From Nitrospinales bacterium (GTDB lineage: Bacteria; Nitrospinota; Nitrospinia; Nitrospinales; VA-1): a DNA stretch of 64,000 bases. The position numbers and the translations under genes are program-made. The notes under the pieces are model-generated. The model saw only the letters and a list, made by a program, of their open reading frames with translations. It ran no database searches and had not been told where the DNA came from. Positions 19,149-28,919 of the stretch are shown piece after piece (position 1 is the first letter of the stretch; each line of letters starts with the position of its first letter). Where the stretch lies: NCBI GenBank assembly GCA_965223345.1, contig CBDCWG010000012.1, positions 2,272,001 through 2,336,000 on the forward strand. The letters are read 5' to 3'.

Positions 19149-20390
19149 TCACCTGAATACTTCCACCTTCGGAATGGGAATGAAAAAGCGCCCGCCCCAT
19201 TCCCGGATGTAGTCCATCTGTTTCATGATTTCATCCTTGAGATTCCAGGGAAGGATGAACACGTAATCGGGCCGCGTCTCCCGGATCTTATCCGGGTGGT
19301 AGATGGGGATGTGTGTCCCTGGCAGATAGCGGCCCTGTTTTTCCGGACTGCGGTCCACGGTGTAGTCGATGTAATCGGTGCCGACGCCGCAGTAGTTGAG
19401 CAGCGTGTTGCCCTTTGCGGGCGCGCCGTAGCCGACAATGGTCTTTCCTTCCCGCTTCACTTCGTTGAGGAAGGTCAACAGGCCCCGTTTGGTTTCTAGC
19501 ACCTTTTCGGAGAAAGAGGCGTAGGTCTCGGGGTTGGTCAGGCCGTACTGGATTTCGCGGTCCCGCAATTCGGATACGTTTGCCGTTACGGGGTGCATTT
19601 CGTCCTCGGTGTGGCGGGCGTAGATGCGCAGCGATCCGCCGTGCGTGGGCAGCTCTTCCACGTCGAACAGCGTGAGGCCGTGGCGTGCGAAGACCTTTTC
19701 CACCGTGATGAACGAAAGATAGGAAAAGTGCTCGTGGTAAATGGTGTCGAACTGGTTTTCCTCCATCAGACGCAGAAGGTGAGGAAACTCCATGGTGATG
19801 ACCCCATCGCGCTTGAGGACCGCTTTCATCCCACCGACGAAATCGTGCAGATCGGGAACGTGGGCGAGCACGTTGTTACCCAGCAGCAGGTCTGCCTTCG
19901 TGCCTTCGGAAACCAGCTCGGAGGCGGTCTGCTTGCCGAAAAATTTCACCAATGACGGGATGCCCTTCTCACGCGCCACTTTGGCGATGTTGGCCGCGGG
20001 TTCGATGCCCAGCACCGGCACGCCTTTTTCCTTGAAATACTGCAACAGGTAGCCGTCGTTGCTGGCGATCTCGATCACCTGGCTTTGCGCGCCGAAGCCG
20101 AAGCGTTCGACCATCTTGTCGGTGTACGCCTTGGCGTGCCGCAGCCAGGAGTCGCTGAACGAGGAGAAGTAAGCGTAATCGCTGAAAATGTGCTGCGGGC
20201 TTTCGAACTCTTTCAACTGGACCAGAAAGCAGAACTGGCAGACATAGGCGTGCAGCGGGTAAAACGGTTCCATGCTGCATTCCTTTTCCGCCGGGATGTA
20301 GGAATTCGCCAAAGGCGACATCCCCAGATCGGCAAAGGTGATCTGTAAAGAGCTACCGCAGAATCGACAGGTGTTTTCTTTATCCTTCAT
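19149..20390 (-). CDS. NDP-hexose C-methyltransferase (Zn-binding N-terminus, SAM domain)
   Basis: CRFC...CQFC Zn ligands, EIASNDG, NNVLAHV, FDTIYHEH, THGGSLR and YGAPAKG. Confidence 0.92.
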   Translation of the reverse strand: MKDKENTCRFCGSSLQITFADLGMSPLANSYIPAEKECSMEPFYPLHAYVCQFCFLVQLKEFESPQHIFSDYAYFSSFSDSWLRHAKAYTDKMVERFGFGAQSQVIEIASNDGYLLQYFKEKGVPVLGIEPAANIAKVAREKGIPSLVKFFGKQTASELVSEGTKADLLLGNNVLAHVPDLHDFVGGMKAVLKRDGVITMEFPHLLRLMEENQFDTIYHEHFSYLSFITVEKVFARHGLTLFDVEELPTHGGSLRIYARHTEDEMHPVTANVSELRDREIQYGLTNPETYASFSEKVLETKRGLLTFLNEVKREGKTIVGYGAPAKGNTLLNYCGVGTDYIDYTVDRSPEKQGRYLPGTHIPIYHPDKIRETRPDYVFILPWNLKDEIMKQMDYIREWGGRFFIPIPKVEVFR

Positions 20391-21460
20391 GAGTTTACGG
20401 TCACTCCTTTCGGTTTGGTGGTCCAGGAAAGATCCGGGCCGATGAGCCCGTGCGATTCGAGATGGCCCAGCACCTTGAGGCGCATCATCAACGAATCGCG
20501 GAAATTGGTATCGCTGAAGTGCATCGCTTGCAGCCCTTCCTTCAACTCGGCGACGGTGCTCAGAAGATCGTGCTCGGGCTGATGGTTGGGAGCGAGTCTG
20601 CGAAACAGGCTGAAATCGACTTTATAGGATCGCTTGTCCGGCTGCGCGTCGGTGTTGATGGAGATCTCGGTTCCGGGGATGACCTTCGCGACCGCCTGCG
20701 CCAGTTCCTTGACCTGGTAGTTCCAGGTGTCGGTGCCGATGTTGACGGCGATGAAGTTCCCGCCCTCGGCGGCGTCGCGTCCGATGGCCCACTCGAACGC
20801 GCGGGCCATGTCCTTCACGTTGATCAGCGGTCTCCAGGGCGTGCCGTCGCTCAGGATGGTGATCTTGCCGGCGGCCACCGCGGAGGCGACGAAATCGTTG
20901 AGCACCAGATCCAGCCGCAGCCGGTCGCTCATGCCGCAGGCGGTGGAAAAGCGCAGCGCCGTGACTTTGTAGTTGTCGTCGGCGAGGTTTTTCAGCTCCT
21001 GCTCGGTGAACACCTTCGACTTCGCGTACGCGGTGAGCGGGTTCAGCGTCGAATTCTCCGAGCGGGCGCCGTCGTCCGCGCAGCCGTAGACGCTGCAACT
21101 GGAGGCGAAGCTGAAGGATTTCACGCCGGCCGCCTTCGCCAGTTTGGCGATGTGGACGCTGGCGCGGTAGTTGATGTCGAGGGTGACTTCCTCGTACTTG
21201 TTGCCCATCGGGTCGTTGGATATTGCCGCCAGATGCACGATGGCGTCAACTCCGGGCAGGATGTCCTGGGGAAAGTCGCGCACGTCGCCGAAATATTGCA
21301 CGTCCACGTTGCATTCTGGCAGCATGACCGTGTTCGTGAGGCACTGGGCGAAATAGCCGATGTCGAAACCGATCAGAGTGGCTTCGGGAAAAGTGTTGCG
21401 GAGCCTTTTGACCACGCCGGGTCCGACGTAGCCCATGTTGCCGGTGATTAGAATCTTCAT
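20387..21460 (-). CDS. NAD-dependent sugar epimerase/dehydratase (extended SDR)
   Basis: TGNMGYVG, HLAAISND, SSCSVYG and YAKSK. Confidence 0.92.
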   Translation of the reverse strand: MKILITGNMGYVGPGVVKRLRNTFPEATLIGFDIGYFAQCLTNTVMLPECNVDVQYFGDVRDFPQDILPGVDAIVHLAAISNDPMGNKYEEVTLDINYRASVHIAKLAKAAGVKSFSFASSCSVYGCADDGARSENSTLNPLTAYAKSKVFTEQELKNLADDNYKVTALRFSTACGMSDRLRLDLVLNDFVASAVAAGKITILSDGTPWRPLINVKDMARAFEWAIGRDAAEGGNFIAVNIGTDTWNYQVKELAQAVAKVIPGTEISINTDAQPDKRSYKVDFSLFRRLAPNHQPEHDLLSTVAELKEGLQAMHFSDTNFRDSLMMRLKVLGHLESHGLIGPDLSWTTKPKGVTVNS

Positions 21461-21469
21461 GGAGTTTCC

Positions 21470-22669
21470 TCAGTTAGAATGGCGATCGATTTCATCACAT
21501 ACATACTCTGAAAACGGAATGGCGCAGGTGAACGCGGGGGAAACCGCATTCAACACGTGCATGGAATTTGCGTCTCCTTCGAGCACGAAATCCATGATCA
21601 GTTTCTTCTCCTCAATGTCCAACAACTGGGCGCGGATGCCCGGTTTGCCCCAGTGCGCGTGGTTGCTCTTGCGGCCTCCGTTCAGTAGATGCGAGGCCAG
21701 GGACACCAGATGCGACTTGGAGTATTTGCGGATCTCATCGAACGCGAGCTGCTTGAAGTCGAAACCGGAAAACGCGAACAACCCGAGCTGCCGCAGAATG
21801 ATTTCCGAGAACTCGGATAAATAGAAATTGTCGAGACCGGAGTATTGCTCGCGCCAGAACGCCGGGATGGCCGTCGGGCCGATCTTCACCTTGCCGTCCA
21901 CGGTCACCGTGTAATGCACGCCCAGAAACGGATTGCGAAGATCCGGAACCGGGTAGATGTGGGTGCGCAGCGATCCTTTGAGGTCGTCGGAATACAGGTA
22001 CAGGCCCTTGAAAGGCAGGATGCGGTATTTCTGCGAGAAACCGTAATCGCGGGCGATGCGGTCGGCGTACAACCCGGCGGAGTTGACGACGTATCCCGCC
22101 TCGATCGGCCCTTCGGAGGTGTTGACCCGTTTGCCCTTGCGATCGAGGTAGCGCACGCCGGTCTTCATTTCCACGCCTTCGGCGATGGCGTCCTCTTTCA
22201 TCGCATGCATCACCTCTAACGGGTCCACCGAAGAAGTGGTGGGGGAAAACAACGCCCGCTGATGGGTTTTGACGCGCGGCTCGATTTCCTTCGCCTCTTT
22301 CTCGGTGATCTCGTTGAGCTCGATCTCGTTTTTCTGGCCGCGCCGGATCAACTCATCCAGGTATTCCAGGTCCTTCTCGTCCTTGGCGACCACCAGCTTG
22401 CCGCATTTGTTGATCTTGAGGTTCTTGCGGTCGCAGTATTCGGTGAGCAGGCGGTTGCCCCGTTTGGTGAATTTGGCCTTCAGGGAATCGGCGGAATAAT
22501 AGAACCCGGCGTGCAGCACGCCGCTGTTCCTGCCGCTGGCGTGGTAGCCGCAGTCCGGTTCCTTTTCCAACACCACGACGCGGGCGCCGTGATGCCGGCT
22601 CTTCAGTTCGCGGGCGATGTTGAGGCCGATGACCCCGCCGCCGATGATGAGAAAATCCGTTCCTTGCAT
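21470..22669 (-). CDS. lhgO: L-2-hydroxyglutarate oxidase-like FAD oxidoreductase
   Basis: IIGGGVIG, HASGRNSGVLHAG, IYPVPD..PFLGVH, GIRAQ and NAVSPAFT. Confidence 0.85.
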   Translation of the reverse strand: MQGTDFLIIGGGVIGLNIARELKSRHHGARVVVLEKEPDCGYHASGRNSGVLHAGFYYSADSLKAKFTKRGNRLLTEYCDRKNLKINKCGKLVVAKDEKDLEYLDELIRRGQKNEIELNEITEKEAKEIEPRVKTHQRALFSPTTSSVDPLEVMHAMKEDAIAEGVEMKTGVRYLDRKGKRVNTSEGPIEAGYVVNSAGLYADRIARDYGFSQKYRILPFKGLYLYSDDLKGSLRTHIYPVPDLRNPFLGVHYTVTVDGKVKIGPTAIPAFWREQYSGLDNFYLSEFSEIILRQLGLFAFSGFDFKQLAFDEIRKYSKSHLVSLASHLLNGGRKSNHAHWGKPGIRAQLLDIEEKKLIMDFVLEGDANSMHVLNAVSPAFTCAIPFSEYVCDEIDRHSN

Positions 22670-22673
22670 TCGA

Positions 22674-23441
22674 TTACCAGACCTTCCAGTCGGGGTTTCC
22701 CGAGTTCCAGATTTCTTCGAGCGTGTTTTTATCGCGCAGCGTGTCCATGGGCATCCAGAAGCCTTCGTGCTTGAACACCGCCAGCTGCTGCTTTTCCACC
22801 AGCCGCTGCAAGGGTTCGCGCTCCCACCAGATCTTGTCGCCGTCGATGTAGTCGAGCACTTTCGGTTCCAGGACGAAAAAACCGCCGTTGATCCATCCGC
22901 TTCCTTCCGGAGGTTTTTCTACAAAGGACATGATCAGGTTGTCCTTGATCGCCATGGCTCCGAACCGGCCGGCCGGTTTCACTCCCGTCACCGTGGCGAG
23001 CTTGCCGTGTTTTTTATGGAAGTCCACCAGCCGGTTGATGTTGAGGTTGGACAACCCGTCGCCGTAGGTCATGCAGAAGGAATCGTTGTCGAGATGCTCC
23101 TTGATGCGTTTGATCCTGCCGCCGGTGTAAGTGTCGTGCCCCGTGTCCACCAGAGTGACGCGCCAGGGCTCCACGTTGTTCTGCAGTATCTCCATGCTGT
23201 TGGTCTTCAGGTTCAGGGTGACATCCGACATGTGCAGGAAATAATTGGCGAAGTATTCCTTGATGATGTAGCCCTTGTAGCCCAGGCAGATGATGAAATC
23301 GTTGATGCCGTGAGCGGAATAGCATTTCATGATGTGCCAGAGAATGGGCTTGCCTCCAATCTCCACCATGGGCTTGGGTTTGATAGTGGTTTCCTCGCTC
23401 AACCGGGTGCCCAGACCTCCTGCCAGAATGACTGCTTTCAT
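22674..23441 (-). CDS. rfbF: Glucose-1-phosphate cytidylyltransferase
   Basis: ILAGGLGTRLSEET..KPKPMVEIG, TYGDG, WINGGFF and FWMPMDTLRDK. Confidence 0.95.
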   Translation of the reverse strand: MKAVILAGGLGTRLSEETTIKPKPMVEIGGKPILWHIMKCYSAHGINDFIICLGYKGYIIKEYFANYFLHMSDVTLNLKTNSMEILQNNVEPWRVTLVDTGHDTYTGGRIKRIKEHLDNDSFCMTYGDGLSNLNINRLVDFHKKHGKLATVTGVKPAGRFGAMAIKDNLIMSFVEKPPEGSGWINGGFFVLEPKVLDYIDGDKIWWEREPLQRLVEKQQLAVFKHEGFWMPMDTLRDKNTLEEIWNSGNPDWKVW

Positions 23442-24186
23442 CGTTTCAACCTCATGGATGGTTGGTGGTTGCGTTTCGGGGCGAAATGGAGAGGATTCGA
23501 ATGCGTACGGTTTTCCCGCCTGCCTTTGGTTCCGATACCGGCGCCCAATGAAACCGCCTGCAATTCACTGAGTGGATATCCGATCCGCTTCGAATGACTG
23601 AGTCGAGCCTCCCCCGCCGGGAACTGCCAATCCCTGAACCGGGATTTCCTTGAATAATTGTTTGAATGCCAAGACACAGGTGAGGAAAGCGGACGCGCTA
23701 ACGATCCTGCTAACCGCACCATTTGATGGAATCAGGATGCCATTGAAATCTTAAGAATGGATTAAGGGTGTGTAACGCTTTAGTTACAAAAGGTTGCAAA
23801 TTAGGGACTGTTTTTCAGGGCTTCTTGAGCCTTTCAGATGCACAGCGGTTGCGCTGAAAAGCAGCCTGGAAATCCTCCGGTAATAGATTTACAGGGATGT
23901 TCCTCATTGCGATAGATGCTTAGTGTTCCGATATTACCGAAACCCCGGAAAGATTGTCAAGCGGGCTGTCCGGGCGGTTTGTGCTCCCCGTCACAACGTA
24001 AAGTCGCGATTTGACAAGGGGTTTCTAAGTAGTTGAAATGTAAATGTAAAAGTCTGAAGGGAGAGGGGACGGGGGCCTTCTGCGTCCGGATGTTCGCTGG
24101 GGGTATCAGGTGGATAATATGTGTAAATCTATTGCGGCGGTGGGGCTTGTAAAGAAAGCAGGGAGAAACGGGAGCGGCGATGCGGG

Positions 24187-25296
24187 TCAGGCGGTGACGG
24201 TCTCCTGCTGGATCTTCACCGGACGCCGGTAGCGGGGGAAAAAGTTTTCGGAGAGCACGACGCAGCCGGTGCGGTTCTCGTACAACTGCCGGGCCCGGTT
24301 GAGCACGGAATACAACTGCGGATCGAGGATCATTTTAGCGATGCCAAAATCGTACCTGGTTTTGGAAAAACCCGCTTTGAAATCGAGCAGCGAATCCCTC
24401 GCGGCGCCGACGCCGCCGCCCAGATGAAAACAGGCGTAGCCGTTTTCGGTGCCCCACCTTCTGACGGCATCGAATATCAGTTTCAGGCCGCTGTACTTGC
24501 GCTGATGGCTGGGCGTGCCCGATAGATGGTATTGAATGATATCGCCGCTTGTAAAAAACAGGGCGGTGCTGATCACGTCCCCGTTGAGTTCCGCGAAGTA
24601 GAGCCGGGCGTCGTCGCCGAGCATCGTTTTGAGATGCAGGTAGTATTGCTTGGGAAAGAAATAAAACTCCTGGGCGTTGCGCGCGCGCATGGTTTCGTTG
24701 TAGATGGCGATGAACTCATCGATGCGCGCAAAGGACGTGTCTTCCTCAATCGTGACTCCGGCCTTGATGGCTTTGCGCAGATCCCGTCTCACCCTTTGGT
24801 TCATGGCCTTTTCCTGATCTTCGAGGGATTGAGTCAGATTGATCGCGACCGTGGGGCCGAGCGGGGCCACGTCGATCAACCCGTCCAGAAGCCATTGGGT
24901 GTCGATCAACGGGTTCAGCCGGGTGAACAGGGAGACGATGTTTTTTTGTTTGAGAGCCTGGTGCAGCGCTTCCTGGAATCCGCTTCGAAACGCAACGGCG
25001 TTCTCATCGTTTGGCTGCACATTGCTGAGGACACCGGAGTAACCGTAAACGGACGTGGCGTCATTCGCACTGAAGCTTTCCAGTCCCTTGACCTCGGAGA
25101 CGGGACGCAGCAGAAAGGGCAGGGCCGCCCAGCGGTTTTGATTCTGATAAGTGAAAATGTAAGGGGCGCCCTCTCCCATGAGTTGGGAGACCCGGTGGTA
25201 CTGCGGACCGTGATAGATATCATAGCGGCCGCACTGCTGCAGAACTTTGCCCCAGTTCTCTTGCTGGTCAATGGGAATGAGTTTGAATCGAATCAT
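24187..25296 (-). CDS. GNAT / FemAB-like acyltransferase
   Basis: DATSVYGYSG, IYNETM, YHLSG and HLGGGVG..DSL..FKAGF, typical of FemAB-fold GNATs in polysaccharide loci. Confidence 0.8.
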   Translation of the reverse strand: MIRFKLIPIDQQENWGKVLQQCGRYDIYHGPQYHRVSQLMGEGAPYIFTYQNQNRWAALPFLLRPVSEVKGLESFSANDATSVYGYSGVLSNVQPNDENAVAFRSGFQEALHQALKQKNIVSLFTRLNPLIDTQWLLDGLIDVAPLGPTVAINLTQSLEDQEKAMNQRVRRDLRKAIKAGVTIEEDTSFARIDEFIAIYNETMRARNAQEFYFFPKQYYLHLKTMLGDDARLYFAELNGDVISTALFFTSGDIIQYHLSGTPSHQRKYSGLKLIFDAVRRWGTENGYACFHLGGGVGAARDSLLDFKAGFSKTRYDFGIAKMILDPQLYSVLNRARQLYENRTGCVVLSENFFPRYRRPVKIQQETVTA

Positions 25297-25502
25297 AATA
25301 AAACAGGCGCTGTTTCTATAAATTTGCGGGAATTATAAATTCGAAACAGAAAATTTTAAAAGAAATTTATTTTTCGGATCTCCGAAGTTGTATCAAAAAC
25401 AACGCACTTCGAATATCTCAGATTCGAGTGAAAGGAGATTTATTCAATTTTACCCAAAACTTTTCCGGCAAAAAGTTTCGGCGGTATCTCGAGAGTCCGT
25501 AT

Positions 25503-26720
25503 TCAGAAACTCTTGATGGCGTGAAAGGTGTTGATGATGCGCTGTTGGTCCTCGACGCTCAAATTGGATCCGGACGGCAGGCAAATCCCCGAATGAAACA
25601 ACTGTTCGGAGATGCTCCGGTCCGGGCTGTGCGGAATGTAGTCGCAGTTTTTAAACAGCGGCTGCAGGTGCAGCGGTTTCCACACAGGGCGCGCTTCGAT
25701 GTTTCGCGCCTCGAGGGCATTGACCAAATCGCGCGCGCTGTACCCGGTTGCTTTCGGATCGATGGTCAACACGGTCAACCAGCGGTTGCTTTTTCCGAAA
25801 TTGGCTTCGGGCATGAAGCTCAATCCCGGCATATCCTGAAGTGCCTCCTGATATCGCGCGAATATCGTGCGCTTGGCTTCGATTCTTTCGTGCAGGACTT
25901 TCAACTGGCCCCGGCCGATTCCCGCGAGTATGTTGCTCATGCGGTAATTGTAACCCAGTTCACTGTGCTGGTAGTGCATGGCGGGGTCTTTGGCCTGATT
26001 GGCCCAATATTTGGCTTTTTCGATCAACCTGGAATCGTGCGACACCAGCATGCCGCCGCCGGAGGTGGTGATGATTTTGTTTCCGTTGAAGGAGAACACC
26101 CCCAATTTGCCGAGCGTGCCGCTGAAACTGCTTTTGTAGGTGGCGCCCAAAGATTCGGCGGCGTCTTCGATCACGGGAACATGATAGCGGTTGCAGATGG
26201 ATTTCAGCGCATCCATGTCCGCGCTTTGCCCGTACAGATTGACGATGACCACGGCTTTCGGCATTTTCCCGGTGCGCTCCGCCTGCTTGAAGGCGCGGTT
26301 GAGCGCGGGGGGAGACATGTTCCAGGTTTCCGGTTCGGAGTCGATGAACACCGGATGGGCGCCCAGGTACAAGATGGGCGAGGCGCTGCCGATGAACGTG
26401 AGCGAAGAGCAGAAGACGGTGTCGTCCTGTTCCACACCGAGAAGCCGCAGCGACAAGTGGATGGCTGCGGTTCCCGAACTCACCGCGACGGCGCTTTCCG
26501 TGCCGACATAGCTGGCGAATTCGTTTTCGAACGCGTCCACATTGGGTCCACCGGGAGCGATCCAGTTTGTGGAGAAGGCCTGAGCGACGTAGTCCTCTTC
26601 CTTTCCACCCATATGGGGCGGGGAGAGAAAAATCCTCTTGTTGAAGCGAGGATTTTTATGCGCTTCACGGGCGTCCTTCTGCTTTTTCGGCGGTGTCTCG
26701 ACGCTGGATTGAGAAATCAT
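25503..26720 (-). CDS. PglE/EpsN-like UDP-4-keto-6-deoxy-GlcNAc aminotransferase (DegT family)
   Basis: RIFLSPPHMGG, NWIAP, SSGTAAIHL, EDAAESLG and SFNGNKIITTSGGG. ORF open to 26768. Confidence 0.9.
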   Translation of the reverse strand: MISQSSVETPPKKQKDAREAHKNPRFNKRIFLSPPHMGGKEEDYVAQAFSTNWIAPGGPNVDAFENEFASYVGTESAVAVSSGTAAIHLSLRLLGVEQDDTVFCSSLTFIGSASPILYLGAHPVFIDSEPETWNMSPPALNRAFKQAERTGKMPKAVVIVNLYGQSADMDALKSICNRYHVPVIEDAAESLGATYKSSFSGTLGKLGVFSFNGNKIITTSGGGMLVSHDSRLIEKAKYWANQAKDPAMHYQHSELGYNYRMSNILAGIGRGQLKVLHERIEAKRTIFARYQEALQDMPGLSFMPEANFGKSNRWLTVLTIDPKATGYSARDLVNALEARNIEARPVWKPLHLQPLFKNCDYIPHSPDRSISEQLFHSGICLPSGSNLSVEDQQRIINTFHAIKSF

Positions 26721-26786
26721 GGAATCAAATACTCCGAAAATATTCGTCAGATTTGAGATGGGCCACATTGTGCTTGCTGTTTTCGA

Positions 26787-27452
26787 TCAAACCGGAACCT
26801 TTTCACTTTCTTCCGCCGACCCAGTGAGGTTCGTGCGGGCCGGGTTTTTCCGGTTCTCCGCCGGTTCGTTCCCCATGAAGCGGGGGCAGGAGAAATAACC
26901 GTCCTGACTGACGCCTTCTCCCGAGAAAACCTTGATAAACGTCATGGCGAGGATCTTGATATCGAGAAAGAACGACTGGTGATCCACGTACCAGACGTCC
27001 AGCTTGAATCGTTCGTCCCAACTGAGGGCGTTGCGGCCGTTCACCTGCGCCCATCCGGTGATCCCCGGTTTCACCTCATGCCGTCTCGCCTGCTCCGAGT
27101 TGTAACGCGGCACGTATTCCATCAGCAGCGGGCGGGGACCGACGAGGCTGATGTCTCCTTTCAGGAGGTTGATCAGTTGCGGGAACTCGTCCAGGCTGTA
27201 GCGGCGCAAAAACTTGCCCAGCGGGGTCAACCGCTTTTCGTCCGGCAGCAGGTTCCCATCCGCATCGCGATCGTTGGTCAGAGTCCTGAATTTATGGATG
27301 TAAAACGGGCGCGCGTGCAGGCCGGGCCGTTTCTGGTTGAAGATCACAGGAGAGCCCATTTTCAACCGCACGAGGCAGGCGATCACGAGGATCACCGGAC
27401 TCATCACGATGAGGCCTGTCAGCGCTACGATGAAATCGATCGTTCTTTTCAT
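26787..27452 (-). CDS. Monotopic phosphoglycosyl transferase (PglC/EpsL-like)
   Basis: KR.ID, KFRT, SLDEFPQ (intact DE dyad), SLVGPRP and PGITGWAQV. Confidence 0.93.
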   Translation of the reverse strand: MKRTIDFIVALTGLIVMSPVILVIACLVRLKMGSPVIFNQKRPGLHARPFYIHKFRTLTNDRDADGNLLPDEKRLTPLGKFLRRYSLDEFPQLINLLKGDISLVGPRPLLMEYVPRYNSEQARRHEVKPGITGWAQVNGRNALSWDERFKLDVWYVDHQSFFLDIKILAMTFIKVFSGEGVSQDGYFSCPRFMGNEPAENRKNPARTNLTGSAEESEKVPV

Positions 27453-27797
27453 CCCGTTTGTTACCTTGGTTTCAATGTAAAGGGCCTGATAAAAACCTCA
27501 ACCCTGCCTGTTGTCGAAGCCGGTGCTGGCCGAGCTGCACTCTTTGAGCCGATGCGAATCGCGTGATACTTGGAAAATGACTGTGAACAAAAGCGAGGGT
27601 TTCGAAGAGGTCACTGGCTTGATTCCCTTTTATTAAATGTAACACGCTAATAAATGCGAACAAGGTGAAAATCCCCTGCAAAATGTCAGATAAATCTCGT
27701 TTCCTCGCTGGGGAACCGGTTTTTCATACATTTCCGAAACCCGTCCTGCGGTTGAAAATCCAGCGTACGGCCTGAAATTTCAGGGCAGCTTCCAGGT

Positions 27798-28919
27798 TCA
27801 CTTGCCCTGTAAATTCATGGTCTGCAGGACCACCGTATTGACTTTGTGCACGTCGTATTTGTCTTCCGCCATGGCCCGGCTGGCTTTTCCCATCGAGTCG
27901 ATCAACTCCGGTTGCGTGATGAATCGCTCCATCGCCTGCGTGAGGGCCTCGGCGTTTTGCGGCGGCACCAGAAAACCGTTTTGTCCTTCCACCACCGTTT
28001 CGCGGCAGCCAGGAGAATCGGTGGTGATGATGGGACGGCCCATGGCCATGGCTTCCAGGATCGACCTGGGCACGCCTTCCCGGTAAAACGAAGGCAGCAC
28101 GTACACGCTCGAATCGGCGATGAAAGGCCGGACGTCCGCGGTTTCGCCGCAATATTCAATGCCGTTTTTCTGCCATTCCTCGACCTGGGCTTTTTGAATG
28201 GCCGAGGGATTGCTGTCGAACGATCCCAACAGGCGGAACGCAACCTGCGGGTAGCGCCTGGACAGCGTTTGGGCGGCGCTTGCGTACTCGAAAAGTCCCT
28301 TCTCCTTGATCAACCGCGCCATCAGCAAGAACACCAGCGTCTTTTTCACCGGCGGGACCGCGGGGTAATAGTCCAGGTCCACTCCGGAGCCATTCATCAT
28401 GACCGCCTGGGTGTTTTTGCCGATCAGGTTCCAGTTTTCAAAATCCCGTTTGTCGTCCGGGTTCTGGAAAAAGATCGCGGTGTTTTTCTTGATCGCCAGC
28501 CGGAACAGGCAGCGGATCGCGAAGCTCAGAATCCTGCCTTTGAGCGAGGGATTGCTGAACGAATTTCCCAGTCCCGTGATCATCGAATAGCGTTTGGGCA
28601 CTCCGGCCAGCCGGGCGGCGAGCGAGCCGTAGATCACGGGTTTGAACGTGTACGCGAGCAGGATGTCCGGTTTCGCATCGCGAAACACCGAATACAGAGC
28701 CGCGACGGATTGCAGATCCCGAAGTGGATTGGTTCCGGTTCGCTGCATGGGGACGGCGCAAAACGCCACACCGATCTTCTGCAGTTTGGCTACCGTTTCT
28801 GCGTGGGTGTCCGGCGCGCACGCGAGGACGGTGTGGCCGGCGTCCACCATCGCCTTGAGCAGGGTTCCGCGGAAGTTGATCAGCGATTTCGAATAGCTGG
28901 CGAGTATCAGGATTTTCAT
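27798..28919 (-). CDS. Glycosyltransferase family 4 (PglA/CapM-like)
   Basis: Start MKILILASY overlaps the asnB stop (ATGA). Motifs NFRG, KPVIYG, GSGVD and REGVPRSILEA. Confidence 0.92.
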   Translation of the reverse strand: MKILILASYSKSLINFRGTLLKAMVDAGHTVLACAPDTHAETVAKLQKIGVAFCAVPMQRTGTNPLRDLQSVAALYSVFRDAKPDILLAYTFKPVIYGSLAARLAGVPKRYSMITGLGNSFSNPSLKGRILSFAIRCLFRLAIKKNTAIFFQNPDDKRDFENWNLIGKNTQAVMMNGSGVDLDYYPAVPPVKKTLVFLLMARLIKEKGLFEYASAAQTLSRRYPQVAFRLLGSFDSNPSAIQKAQVEEWQKNGIEYCGETADVRPFIADSSVYVLPSFYREGVPRSILEAMAMGRPIITTDSPGCRETVVEGQNGFLVPPQNAEALTQAMERFITQPELIDSMGKASRAMAEDKYDVHKVNTVVLQTMNLQGK

